Virus record (IMG/VR): IMGVR_UViG_3300029288_003766
Coordinates: 153,787-214,968 of that record
Length of the DNA stretch: 61,182 nt
From: a virus
Lineage: Duplodnaviria > Heunggongvirae > Uroviricota > Caudoviricetes
Direction: 5' to 3' (one strand)
A program made the position numbers and the translations under genes. Positions 48,680 to 57,627 of the stretch are shown here, in pieces (the stretch's first letter is position 1; each line of letters starts with the position of its first letter). The notes under the pieces are model-generated. The model ran no database searches and was not told the origin of the DNA. It was given only the letters and a program-made list of their open reading frames with translations.

Positions 48680-49099
48680 GTGCCAACTTACCAGAATGTA
48701 TCTACAGTACCACAATATATAAATGGGAAGGTTGTTGATCCTGGAAAAGAGATCTGTTCATTAGCGTATTATGATGAAAATATAATAAAACTTTTGAAAG
48801 TTAGTGATAAGCCTTTTTATAACCCCATTATCTTGTCTGAAAAATATGACAAAAATATTATTGTTCAGATACCTACGCGAGATCATTTAGGTGTATATTT
48901 AAGTAAGTACACAATTCATTTTTGTGTTAAGAAAGGTAATGTTAAAATTTGGTATAATAGTAGGGAAAATGATCCTTGTTTACATTTGTATACAGATGCT
49001 CGTTGGAACACCCGTGTATTTGAAAGAAATATTGACAAAATTTGTGTTGATGGAATGGATAATTTTGAATTATGGGTGATTGTGGAACAGCTCCCGTAG
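48680..49099 (+). CDS. Hypothetical protein
   Basis: GTG start after AAGGAG. Confidence 0.65.
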   Translation: MPTYQNVSTVPQYINGKVVDPGKEICSLAYYDENIIKLLKVSDKPFYNPIILSEKYDKNIIVQIPTRDHLGVYLSKYTIHFCVKKGNVKIWYNSRENDPCLHLYTDARWNTRVFERNIDKICVDGMDNFELWVIVEQLP

Positions 49100-49125
49100 A
49101 ACAAGTTAAAATAGAATAATAAACT

Positions 49126-49911
49126 ATGAATAAATATGGTTATGTATATTTAACAATTAATTTGCTAGATGGTAAAGTTTATGTCGGAAAACGGCGGGGC
49201 AACTTTAAACCTCGTTATTTTGGAAGTGGCACATATCTTAAAAGAGCTCTTAAAAAATATGGTAGAGATAATTTTATAGTTAAGCCTATAGAATATAGTA
49301 ATAATAAAATTGATTTATGTACATTGGAGATAAGGTACATAGCAGAATATAAAAATTGTTTAGGAAAAGACGGGATGTACAATATAACTCCTGGTGGTGA
49401 CGGAGGGATTGGTATAAAATCGCATAAGCTTAATTGTACTTGTAAAGTTTGTAAATCAACTAAGGGATTATTAACCGGGAAAAATAGCTCTAGGTGGGGG
49501 AAGCATAATTCTGATTATCAGAAGAAAGCTGTTAGTAAAGCTCTAACAGGATGTTGTCGTTCAGAAGAAACAAAAGAATTAAACCGCATAGCGCATAGAG
49601 GCAAAAAACAATCATCTGAAACAATTGCAAAAAGAATGGCAACCAAAGCTGCTAATCATATTAGTACTAAGGTTACTGTAATTTGTAAGTGGTGTCAAAA
49701 AGAGTTCAAAGTTTCACCTAATAAGATTCATAATAATCGGGGAATATATTGTTCTCTAAAATGTAAATATAATGGTGTTACTAAAATTAAAATTAGATTA
49801 CGTTGTAAAACTTGCGGGAAGGAATTTAAAGTTTTTCCATCTGTGATTAGGTATAATAAAGGAAAGTATTGCTCTAATAAATGTAGGTTTACGGGGTATA
49901 AAAGAAGTTGA
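49126..49911 (+). CDS. GIY-YIG homing endonuclease with NUMOD3 and two C-terminal zinc-ribbon repeats
   Basis: GYVYLTINLLDGKVYVGK, YFGSG, YNITPGGDGG; two CxxC.KEFKV.P...G.YCS.KC repeats. Confidence 0.88.
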   Translation: MNKYGYVYLTINLLDGKVYVGKRRGNFKPRYFGSGTYLKRALKKYGRDNFIVKPIEYSNNKIDLCTLEIRYIAEYKNCLGKDGMYNITPGGDGGIGIKSHKLNCTCKVCKSTKGLLTGKNSSRWGKHNSDYQKKAVSKALTGCCRSEETKELNRIAHRGKKQSSETIAKRMATKAANHISTKVTVICKWCQKEFKVSPNKIHNNRGIYCSLKCKYNGVTKIKIRLRCKTCGKEFKVFPSVIRYNKGKYCSNKCRFTGYKRS

Positions 49912-49920
49912 GGTAGAGAT

Positions 49921-50247
49921 ATGTGGGGGGTAATTAATAAATTTAGAGAAGCTAACGGTCGACCACCAATTCAATATTGTGACGCATTAGTTTCTGATTA
50001 TTGCAAGATGCATTGTTTAGCAATGGCTAGAGAAGGAAGAATATTCCATGCTCCAGATTGTTATTTAGGTGTTTGGCAAGAAGCTATCTGTAATATCGGA
50101 TATGATAATTTTTGGAAAGACAAGGCGATTTTTGATGTATTAGGATCGAGCGCTGAACACGCTGATATTTTACTTAATTGCAATATTATCGCTCTTAGTT
50201 ACTATATTGAAAATTGGAGAGTTTATATTTGCATCAGAGGACGTTGA
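49921..50247 (+). CDS. CAP/SCP-domain-like protein
   Basis: INKFREANGRPP...HCLAMA...FH...SSAEHADILL. Confidence 0.6.
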   Translation: MWGVINKFREANGRPPIQYCDALVSDYCKMHCLAMAREGRIFHAPDCYLGVWQEAICNIGYDNFWKDKAIFDVLGSSAEHADILLNCNIIALSYYIENWRVYICIRGR

Positions 50248-50263
50248 TTATAACGATAATTTT

Positions 50264-51100
50264 ATGAATAAAAGAGTTTTTTCTAATGAACATAGGAAAA
50301 AGATTAGCTTAGCTCTTACTGGAAGAAATAAGCCTGAAGATGTAAAACAAAAGCTGAGTAAAAGTTTAATTAAATATTTTATTGACTACCCAGAAGCACG
50401 AATACTAAGTGGAAGTTCTATGAGAGGTAAACATCATAGTGCAGCAACAAAAAAGAAGATTAGTGACGGTAATAAGGGTAAGAAAATAACTAAAAGATCA
50501 ATAGAAAAGCGTATTGAAACTAGACGTAAGAGGTTCAATGGAAAATACTTCTCTGATCGAGGATATAAAAATATGTATAATTCTAAACGATCAGAGAAGA
50601 TATTAAAATCTAGAAGAAATAATGGTCTACCTTGGCATTCTAAAAAATCTACAGAGAAGATGTCAAAATCACATAAAAAACGCCTTAAAAATCCCAAATA
50701 TAGAGTGAAAATTTCTAAATTAGTAAAGAAAACTTGGAAAAATTATACTAAGGATCAAAAACACGATAGGCTAGCCAAAATGATTAGAAGTTCAGGAAAA
50801 AGACCAAATAAATGTGAAATAGTAGTAAATACTATTTTAAACAATTTATATCCAGGAGAATATAAATATGTTGGTGATGGTAAAGTTTGGATTGGTAATG
50901 CTAACCCCGATTTTATGAATGTAAACGGACAAAAGAAAGTAATAGAATTTTTTGGAGAGTTTTATCATAAATCTTCTGATGAGGAACTTAGACGTTGTCT
51001 TTTTGAAAAATATGGATTTAAATGTTTAGTAATTTGGGGAAAAGATTTGCGCTCTAATAATAAGTTAAGAAATAAAATAATTAAATTCCACATAGCTTAG
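50264..51100 (+). CDS. NUMOD3 + Vsr/DUF559-like (Hef-type) endonuclease
   Basis: RGKHHSAATKKKIS; PNKCE, NPDF...KKVIEFFGEFYH, GFKCLVIW. Confidence 0.8.
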   Translation: MNKRVFSNEHRKKISLALTGRNKPEDVKQKLSKSLIKYFIDYPEARILSGSSMRGKHHSAATKKKISDGNKGKKITKRSIEKRIETRRKRFNGKYFSDRGYKNMYNSKRSEKILKSRRNNGLPWHSKKSTEKMSKSHKKRLKNPKYRVKISKLVKKTWKNYTKDQKHDRLAKMIRSSGKRPNKCEIVVNTILNNLYPGEYKYVGDGKVWIGNANPDFMNVNGQKKVIEFFGEFYHKSSDEELRRCLFEKYGFKCLVIWGKDLRSNNKLRNKIIKFHIA

Positions 51101-51136
51101 ATAAACGGGGGAAATAAATGGAGGAAAAAGTAATAA

Positions 51137-51346
51137 ATGATTAAATTATCTACTAAAACTATCCTAAAAAATATTATAGATAGTGTTATAGCAGAATGGC
51201 AGCAAAAGCTGCCCGATAAGAAGCTTGATGATTATGATAATTGGCGTTTGGATATATTAGATAGAATAGATTTTCAATTAAAAAAACAGAATATTTCATT
51301 GGATGAGCTTATAGTTGATTCCACAGACAAAAGTAACGACAAATAA
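51137..51346 (+). CDS. Hypothetical protein
   Basis: Short ORF in the operon. Confidence 0.55.
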   Translation: MIKLSTKTILKNIIDSVIAEWQQKLPDKKLDDYDNWRLDILDRIDFQLKKQNISLDELIVDSTDKSNDK

Positions 51347-51358
51347 AAAGGAGGAAAT

Positions 51359-51487
51359 ATGTTTACATTGTTAAAGGTTACAATTTTTAATGCTGGTTTC
51401 TGGATTGGAGGAGCTTTATTTGCTTTGGCCGAGGCCGGATGGCTTTATTATAATGGTAGTACTCTTATCTGGAAAAAGAAGAAGTAA
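51359..51487 (+). CDS. 42-aa hydrophobic peptide ending KKKK (not in ORF track)
   Basis: AAGGAGG RBS; MFTLLKVTIFNAGFWIGGALFALAEAGWLYYNGSTLIWKKKK. Confidence 0.65.
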   Translation: MFTLLKVTIFNAGFWIGGALFALAEAGWLYYNGSTLIWKKKK

Positions 51488-51500
51488 GTATAGTAATTGG

Positions 51501-51530
51501 CGAGGCTAGTGTTTATACCCACTAGCCTCG
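51501..51530 (+). terminator. 11-bp perfect hairpin
   Basis: CGAGGCTAGTG / CACTAGCCTCG; weak U-tract. Confidence 0.55.
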
Positions 51531-51547
51531 TTACTCAAGGAGGAAAA

Positions 51548-52075
51548 ATGCGTAGAAGAGGAGAGGTGTTTACATTTACAGTATTGGTGATAGCGTGTGC
51601 TGCTGCTTTCTTATTCGGCTCGGTAAATAACCCAATTAAAAGTCTCTTTGGAATTGGAAACAGCGGTAATAAGACCAAACAGACAGTTACTATCAAAACT
51701 GAAAGTAAACCCATAATAGTCAAGGGTGACGATGGTAAGACATATGTTCTGCAGATGACTAAGAGTGAGAAGTCAACTCTGAGCACCAACGAAGAGCCAA
51801 AATTAACATTATGGCAAAAGTTACTAGTCTTGCCTCGCTTGTGGCTTATCTTAATGATCCTGGGAATATTCTTCCCACCTGTTGCAGCTATAATGCATAT
51901 TATAAACCAGAAGCTTTTGGGTGAGACAAAGAAGATCGTAGGTGGAGTTGAGGAATCCTTGAAAAATCTTGATGCTAAGAATCCCGAAGCTAAACAGGAA
52001 GTTTTGGATACTCTTTCCAAAAAATATGACGGTTCAACAAAGCTTCTTGTTTCTAAGATAAAGAGTAAATTATAA
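51548..52075 (+). CDS. Two-TM membrane protein
   Basis: ATG 51548 after AAGGAGG; hydrophobic segments VFTFTVLVIACAAAFLFG and LWLILMILGIFFPPVAAI. Confidence 0.7.
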   Translation: MRRRGEVFTFTVLVIACAAAFLFGSVNNPIKSLFGIGNSGNKTKQTVTIKTESKPIIVKGDDGKTYVLQMTKSEKSTLSTNEEPKLTLWQKLLVLPRLWLILMILGIFFPPVAAIMHIINQKLLGETKKIVGGVEESLKNLDAKNPEAKQEVLDTLSKKYDGSTKLLVSKIKSKL

Positions 52076-52079
52076 CAAA

Positions 52080-52556
52080 ATGAAAACCAAACTGAGAGCA
52101 TTTATATACCTTGTGGCAAGCATCGCTTCTGGGATCCTTTACCGTTGTGGTGGTGCTGGGAAGCCGTATAACACAAAATATCGTGATTTAGGCGTTCCTA
52201 CAGTAGCAACCCTATATCTACTTACCCTAGGCCTAAAGTCATCACTATGGGGCGTTTGGGGGCTTTTGGGGGCATATTTAGTGGCCTTTGGGTTACTTTT
52301 CGGGGCCTTGACAACTTATTGGAAGAAAAAAGGGGCTCCTGCCTTGTGGTGGAATTGGTTGCTTACCGGGCTTGGGTATTCTCTTGCTGCCTTACCTATT
52401 GCTTTTGTTACTGGGCATTGGGTGGGTTTCGGGATACGTTGTTTTGTGCTTACAGGCTTGACAGTTCTATGGTCAGAGATTATCGATAATGTGGTTGTTG
52501 AGGAATTCGGGCGAGGTTTTCTGATTGTTTCAACTTTGCCACTTTTGTTAATATAG
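52080..52556 (+). CDS. Multi-pass membrane protein
   Basis: Several hydrophobic segments; YRCGG...KYRDLGVP. Confidence 0.75.
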   Translation: MKTKLRAFIYLVASIASGILYRCGGAGKPYNTKYRDLGVPTVATLYLLTLGLKSSLWGVWGLLGAYLVAFGLLFGALTTYWKKKGAPALWWNWLLTGLGYSLAALPIAFVTGHWVGFGIRCFVLTGLTVLWSEIIDNVVVEEFGRGFLIVSTLPLLLI

Positions 52557-52676
52557 ACATTTATTTTTTGTTTAGTTTTCATTACGTAGACTTATATCTA
52601 TTAATAGAGGGGTAATTGTTACAAAAAGTAGTAATTCCTATCTTTACCTTTGATCCTACTAATGGGGAGGGCTGCA

Positions 52677-52844
52677 GTGAAAGTATTTATCAACGATCTC
52701 AATTACAAAACCAATAAAAAACGAATCCTAGTGGAAGTCAAACTGATTAAAGAGTTTGCTACAACTTTGTTGGTCCGACTTGATAATGGCAAAGAAATAA
52801 TCCGTAAAAAGAACCGCGACCTGCCTATTGAGGAAAAGGTGTAA
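52677..52844 (+). CDS. Small basic hypothetical protein
   Basis: GTG start after GGAGG. Confidence 0.55.
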   Translation: MKVFINDLNYKTNKKRILVEVKLIKEFATTLLVRLDNGKEIIRKKNRDLPIEEKV

Positions 52845-52848
52845 AGAT

Positions 52849-53676
52849 ATGTTCACGATAACCTTCCCCCAAAATACTGGCCAGCGGTACTACGGAATCC
52901 ATTATCTCTATGTCCTCAATATACTAAAACACCTGAATTGTAAAATTAACTTTCAGGAAGGCTTAGATGTCGACATAACTAGTTTTAGATGTATCATAGA
53001 TAATAAGACATTTATTTTTGATTTTAGTGATAGTTTAGAAACAAGATATCTAGGCAATTACCCAATTTTTAAGTTTCACACAAAAATTACTGATCTGGGT
53101 AAAGTAATACCCTTCCCTCCTGTAAGCTTCTACGATTGGCAACAATATAATTGGTTATCAAAACAGATCTATTATATTCCCATAATAAGTTTTGACATAA
53201 GTTGTAGGCAAAGGCCCTACGCCGGGGCGTTGGAAAGAAGAATCAAGGTTCAAAAAATGTTGAATGATGCTTTTCCTAATATTGGGTATGCTCCTGAGGA
53301 AGGTTGCCATGTTCTTACTGATCTTATAGATCAAGTAAAATACTGGAGAGAAATAAATGAGATAGATTGTGCGGTATTTGTGCCTGGCCAGAATGAGCAT
53401 ATTCTTGATCGTGGCAATTTGCAATATTTAGCGTTTGGTTGTTATACTATTTCTCCTGATTTGCCTGAAGTCTTACCTTTTAATAGGGCATTAGTTCCAG
53501 GTGTTCATTATGCTCGATGTAAAGATGACTATTCTGATCTGATAGATATTATAATGAGGAAGAGGATTAATTCTAATCCAACCTCATATAAAAAAATTGG
53601 TGATAATGCAAAACAATTATTTCAAGAGACTTGCACACCAAAAGCGGTGGGGGAATGGATCAAAAAACATCTATAA
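52849..53676 (+). CDS. Glycosyltransferase-like protein (GT-B, GT90/Glyco_trans_1_2-like)
   Basis: VFVPG...DRG.LQYLAFG..TISP...PGVHY..CKDDYSDL...KIGDNAK. Confidence 0.65.
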   Translation: MFTITFPQNTGQRYYGIHYLYVLNILKHLNCKINFQEGLDVDITSFRCIIDNKTFIFDFSDSLETRYLGNYPIFKFHTKITDLGKVIPFPPVSFYDWQQYNWLSKQIYYIPIISFDISCRQRPYAGALERRIKVQKMLNDAFPNIGYAPEEGCHVLTDLIDQVKYWREINEIDCAVFVPGQNEHILDRGNLQYLAFGCYTISPDLPEVLPFNRALVPGVHYARCKDDYSDLIDIIMRKRINSNPTSYKKIGDNAKQLFQETCTPKAVGEWIKKHL

Positions 53677-54461
53677 AGGTAAGTTTAATACTTCCAACAT
53701 TCAGACGGCCGCATTTGCTAGATTTGGGATTGCATTCTATTTCGGTATATAAGCGTAATTTTCCATTGGAGATAGTTGTAGTAAATGATGGAATAGAGGA
53801 TGAAACCAAGAATATATGTGATAAATATAGTAGTATGTTAGATATCAAATATTACTTTTCTGGGCAACGGAATGCACAAGAAATCAAAACACGGTGCCCA
53901 GCCTGGGCTATAAATATAGGAGTTAAGAAATGCTCAGGTTATATAATTGTGTTGAGCTGCCCTGAGGTTTGGCACCTGAACGATAGCTTAAACTATATTG
54001 TTGATCCTATAATAAATATGAAAGAAAGGATTATGACCACACCAAACACTATGTATTATGATGATAAGAATCACATGGTGCCGATACTCCAGAAGAACAT
54101 AAATACAGTGATAACTCCTGAAATGTTGAATAGTTTGGTTGTAGGTGGCAAAGGAATACCTGCCTTAAGAATGCCATTTCTTATGGGTATGTGTAAAAAT
54201 GAGTTTATAAGTATAGGCGGCTATGATGAAGATTTCATTGGGTATGCTTGTGATGATAATGATTTTGCAGATAGGATTGCTGGGAATGGTGTTAAGTTAT
54301 TACGAACACCCGCAGAGATAATCCACCTTTATCATACTGGAACTAATACTGGGCTATCACACGCAGATAATCCTGCATGGATTTACAACAACACATTATG
54401 GAGGAGTCGAAAAGGAATTTTCAAAAGAAACCAGGGAAGAGATTGGGGGATGTTGGAATAG
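53655..54461 (+). CDS. GT2 glycosyltransferase, paralog A
   Basis: SLILPTFRR, EIVVVNDG, AINIG, GGYDEDFIGYACDDND, HLYH. Confidence 0.88.
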   Translation: MDQKTSIKVSLILPTFRRPHLLDLGLHSISVYKRNFPLEIVVVNDGIEDETKNICDKYSSMLDIKYYFSGQRNAQEIKTRCPAWAINIGVKKCSGYIIVLSCPEVWHLNDSLNYIVDPIINMKERIMTTPNTMYYDDKNHMVPILQKNINTVITPEMLNSLVVGGKGIPALRMPFLMGMCKNEFISIGGYDEDFIGYACDDNDFADRIAGNGVKLLRTPAEIIHLYHTGTNTGLSHADNPAWIYNNTLWRSRKGIFKRNQGRDWGMLE

Positions 54462-54508
54462 ATACCTACGCTCAAAATTATATTAAAAAGAGACGAGAAA
54501 ACCACGGT

Positions 54509-55315
54509 ATGGAAACTGAAAAATTAGTTAGTTTGATATTGCCTTGTTTTAGAAGAGCAGATTTATTAGATTTAGGATTGTATTCTATTTCTACTTATAT
54601 AGATACTCTTACTTTTCCATTAGAAATAATAGTAATTAATGATGGAATAGAAGATGAAACTAAGAGCATATGTGATAAATATAATAATAAATTGAATATC
54701 AAATATTACTTTTCCGGGCAGAGAAACTCTACTGAAATTAAACCTAGGTGTCCGGCTTGGGCTATAAATATAGGGGTTAAGAAGTGCTCAGGAGATATAA
54801 TTGTGCTGAGCTGCCCTGAGGTTTGGCATGTTAATGATGCTTTAAATCTTATAATTGCACCTATTCTTACTTCCGATGATCGAATTATGACTACAGTAAG
54901 ACAGGTACATTTTGATGATAGAAATTATCTGTTGCCTCTTCTTCAGGCGAACAGAAACATTGTTGTCTCAAAAAATATTTTAAATAACCTAGTTATAGGA
55001 AATAAAGGAAACCTCGCAGCTCAAATGCCGTTTTTACTGGGCTTACCCACACAAGAATTTTTGGATATAGGCGGCTATGATGAAGATTTCATTGGGTACG
55101 CCGGAGATGATAACGATTTTATTTACAGGTTGTTGGACAATGGTATTCGTCAACTTCGTACTAACGCTGACATAGTTCATCTTTATCATGGTGGTAGTAA
55201 TATCAATCCAGGATTCCATCATGACAACCCATCTTGGGTATATAATTGGAATTTATTTACAAGTAGAAGAGGAATAATTAAAAGAAATGTTGGTAGATCT
55301 TGGGGTGCATTGTGA
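54509..55315 (+). CDS. GT2 glycosyltransferase, paralog B
   Basis: Same motifs, with long identical stretches shared with paralog A (IKYYFSGQRN, RCPAWAINIGVKKCSG). Start position uncertain. Confidence 0.88.
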   Translation: METEKLVSLILPCFRRADLLDLGLYSISTYIDTLTFPLEIIVINDGIEDETKSICDKYNNKLNIKYYFSGQRNSTEIKPRCPAWAINIGVKKCSGDIIVLSCPEVWHVNDALNLIIAPILTSDDRIMTTVRQVHFDDRNYLLPLLQANRNIVVSKNILNNLVIGNKGNLAAQMPFLLGLPTQEFLDIGGYDEDFIGYAGDDNDFIYRLLDNGIRQLRTNADIVHLYHGGSNINPGFHHDNPSWVYNWNLFTSRRGIIKRNVGRSWGAL

Positions 55316-57627
55316 AAAAATTAGCTTTTGTGTATCTAAATGGTGAAAAAAATGTAGGTAGAGGTGCCGGTTATATGGCTTCTGTAATACTTGATGCTGG
55401 ATATGATCTTGATTTTTTTGACACTGTTTATATATCTCTACAAGAAGTATCTTATAAAATAGCAAAGGGAGATTATGGTATATTGTTAATTTCTTCATCT
55501 ACACTTTTTTATAAACAAGCTGTTGAGTTGTCAAAGTTAGTTAAATCAGCTATTAATATCCCAATTCTTTTAGGAGGGGCACATTCTACAATATTACGAG
55601 AAAAAATATTAAAAGAATGCAACGAAATAGATTATATTTGTGTAGGAGAGGGGGAAGAATTTATTTTAGATTTTTTAAAAAACTATGGCACAGATAAGTT
55701 GTTCACTGTTAAAAATTTGGGATATCGGATTCATCTTACTGGAGAAGAAATTACACTTAACTCAATTAGAGAATGCACAGACTTATCAAAATTACCTAAA
55801 TTCAGATATGATTTATTTTTACCACAATCTGTTGTTTTAAATTCCCCCCTACCAGGATTTTGTTATGTTTTTTCAACTAGGGGCTGCCCATATAATTGTT
55901 CTTATTGCCTTGATGGGGATACTATCATTTCTATAAGTAATGGGGGTAATAAAAAAATAAAAGATATTAAAATTGGTGATAAAGTTATGTCATTTGATGA
56001 AACAAAAAATAAATTAGTTGAGAATATTGTTATTGATACAATGAAAAGAAAAGTTGATGATATATTAACAGTCGAAATGGAGGAGGGTAATAAATTAACT
56101 ATAACTTCGAATCATGAAGTTTACACCCCGAACGGTTGGTTAGAAATAGGTAAATTAAAAATAGGTGATGAAATTTTACTGATAGATTATAAAGATAAAA
56201 TATCATTTCAAAAAACATACTATAATCCAGCTAAATACCCTGAAGTAAGAAAGAAAATTAGTAAAACTCTTTTATTACAAAGTATTAAGTTATCAAAACG
56301 TTTAAAACTTCGATGGGATAACGGAACTATGAAAGTATCTAAGATGTCTAGTAGAGCTAAGAAGAAATTATCTAATTTAATGAAAAATAATAATCCTATG
56401 AAAAATAAAACAACTGCGGATAAAGTTAGTAAAACATTGATAGAAAAATATAAAAATGAAATACATCCAAATAAAAGTAGAAAGAGACCTGATTTCTCTA
56501 ATTATTTATTAAAACATAACCCAATGAAAGATCCCATAATTGCTAATAATCCTGAACGTATAAAAAAGATTAGTTTATCTTTAGGCGGAACCGGAATACC
56601 TTATGAATTAAGAGAATATCCTAGTATTTTTTCTAATGATTTAAAAGAAAAGATACGAGAACGTGATGATCGAAAATGTCAACTATGCGGTAAGTTGGAG
56701 TATCATTGTGAAAATAAATTAACAATTCATCATATAGATTATGATAAGAAAAATAATAAAGAATGTAATTTAATAACTTTATGTGTAGGCTGTAATACTA
56801 AGGTTAACACTAAACGTGATTATTGGGAAAGTTATTTTAAAGAAAAAATGTTGAAGTATCAAAATTGCCCGCATTTTGTTAAAATTAAATCAATTTATAA
56901 AAAATCGGGAGAAACTATGGTGTATAATTTTGAGTGCGAACATAATAATAATTATTTTGCAAATTATATGTTAGTCCATAATTGTTGTAATAGCTACTAT
57001 CTTTCTATGTATAAAAAAGGATTTTTAAGAAAAAGAAGTGTAAATAGTGTAATTGATGAATTAAAGTATTTGAAGGAAAATTACCCGGTTAAGATTTTTT
57101 ATTTTGGTGATGAGATGATTTTATTTGATAAAGACTATGTAACCGAATTGTTTACTAGAGTTAAAGACGAAATAGGCCTTCCTTATGGTTGTATGGCTCG
57201 TGTAGAAAATGTTAACACCGAAATAGTTGAATTGTTTAAGAGTACTGGATGTAGGTATGTTGGTATGGGAATAGAATGTGGTGATGAACAGTTTAGAAAA
57301 GAATTTCTTAACAGACACATGTCAAATGAAAAAATAATTGAAGCGTTTAGAATGTTGAGAACAATTCCAAATATTATGCTTACTTCATATAATATGCGTG
57401 GATATCCTGTTCCCTATGATGACAGATTATTATTAGAAACTAAAAAATTAAATGATGTAGTTAAGCCTGATATTATGCAAGTTTCGCTGTTTTTTCCTTT
57501 TCCCGGGACAAAGTTATACGACTACTGTGTAGAAAATGATCTAATAGATTATAGTAAATTAAACGGAGTAACCGATTATTTTGCTCAATCTGTTTTAAAG
57601 GTGAAAAATAATGTGGTATCTAAATAA
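55312..57627 (+). CDS. B12-binding radical SAM protein (class B methyltransferase-like) containing an intein
   Basis: ILLGGAH, DYICVGEGE, TRGCPYNCSY[intein]C, RSVNSVIDE, GIECG, FPFPGT. GTG start overlaps the previous TGA. Confidence 0.9.
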   Translation: MKKLAFVYLNGEKNVGRGAGYMASVILDAGYDLDFFDTVYISLQEVSYKIAKGDYGILLISSSTLFYKQAVELSKLVKSAINIPILLGGAHSTILREKILKECNEIDYICVGEGEEFILDFLKNYGTDKLFTVKNLGYRIHLTGEEITLNSIRECTDLSKLPKFRYDLFLPQSVVLNSPLPGFCYVFSTRGCPYNCSYCLDGDTIISISNGGNKKIKDIKIGDKVMSFDETKNKLVENIVIDTMKRKVDDILTVEMEEGNKLTITSNHEVYTPNGWLEIGKLKIGDEILLIDYKDKISFQKTYYNPAKYPEVRKKISKTLLLQSIKLSKRLKLRWDNGTMKVSKMSSRAKKKLSNLMKNNNPMKNKTTADKVSKTLIEKYKNEIHPNKSRKRPDFSNYLLKHNPMKDPIIANNPERIKKISLSLGGTGIPYELREYPSIFSNDLKEKIRERDDRKCQLCGKLEYHCENKLTIHHIDYDKKNNKECNLITLCVGCNTKVNTKRDYWESYFKEKMLKYQNCPHFVKIKSIYKKSGETMVYNFECEHNNNYFANYMLVHNCCNSYYLSMYKKGFLRKRSVNSVIDELKYLKENYPVKIFYFGDEMILFDKDYVTELFTRVKDEIGLPYGCMARVENVNTEIVELFKSTGCRYVGMGIECGDEQFRKEFLNRHMSNEKIIEAFRMLRTIPNIMLTSYNMRGYPVPYDDRLLLETKKLNDVVKPDIMQVSLFFPFPGTKLYDYCVENDLIDYSKLNGVTDYFAQSVLKVKNNVVSK
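55906..56982 (+). mobile_element. Intein (359 aa) with HNH endonuclease
   Basis: Starts CLDGDT; block B TSNHEVYT; ends VYNFECEHNNNYFANYMLVHN followed by +1 Cys. Internal CQLCG...IHHIDYDKKNN...NLITLCVGCN. Confidence 0.93.
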
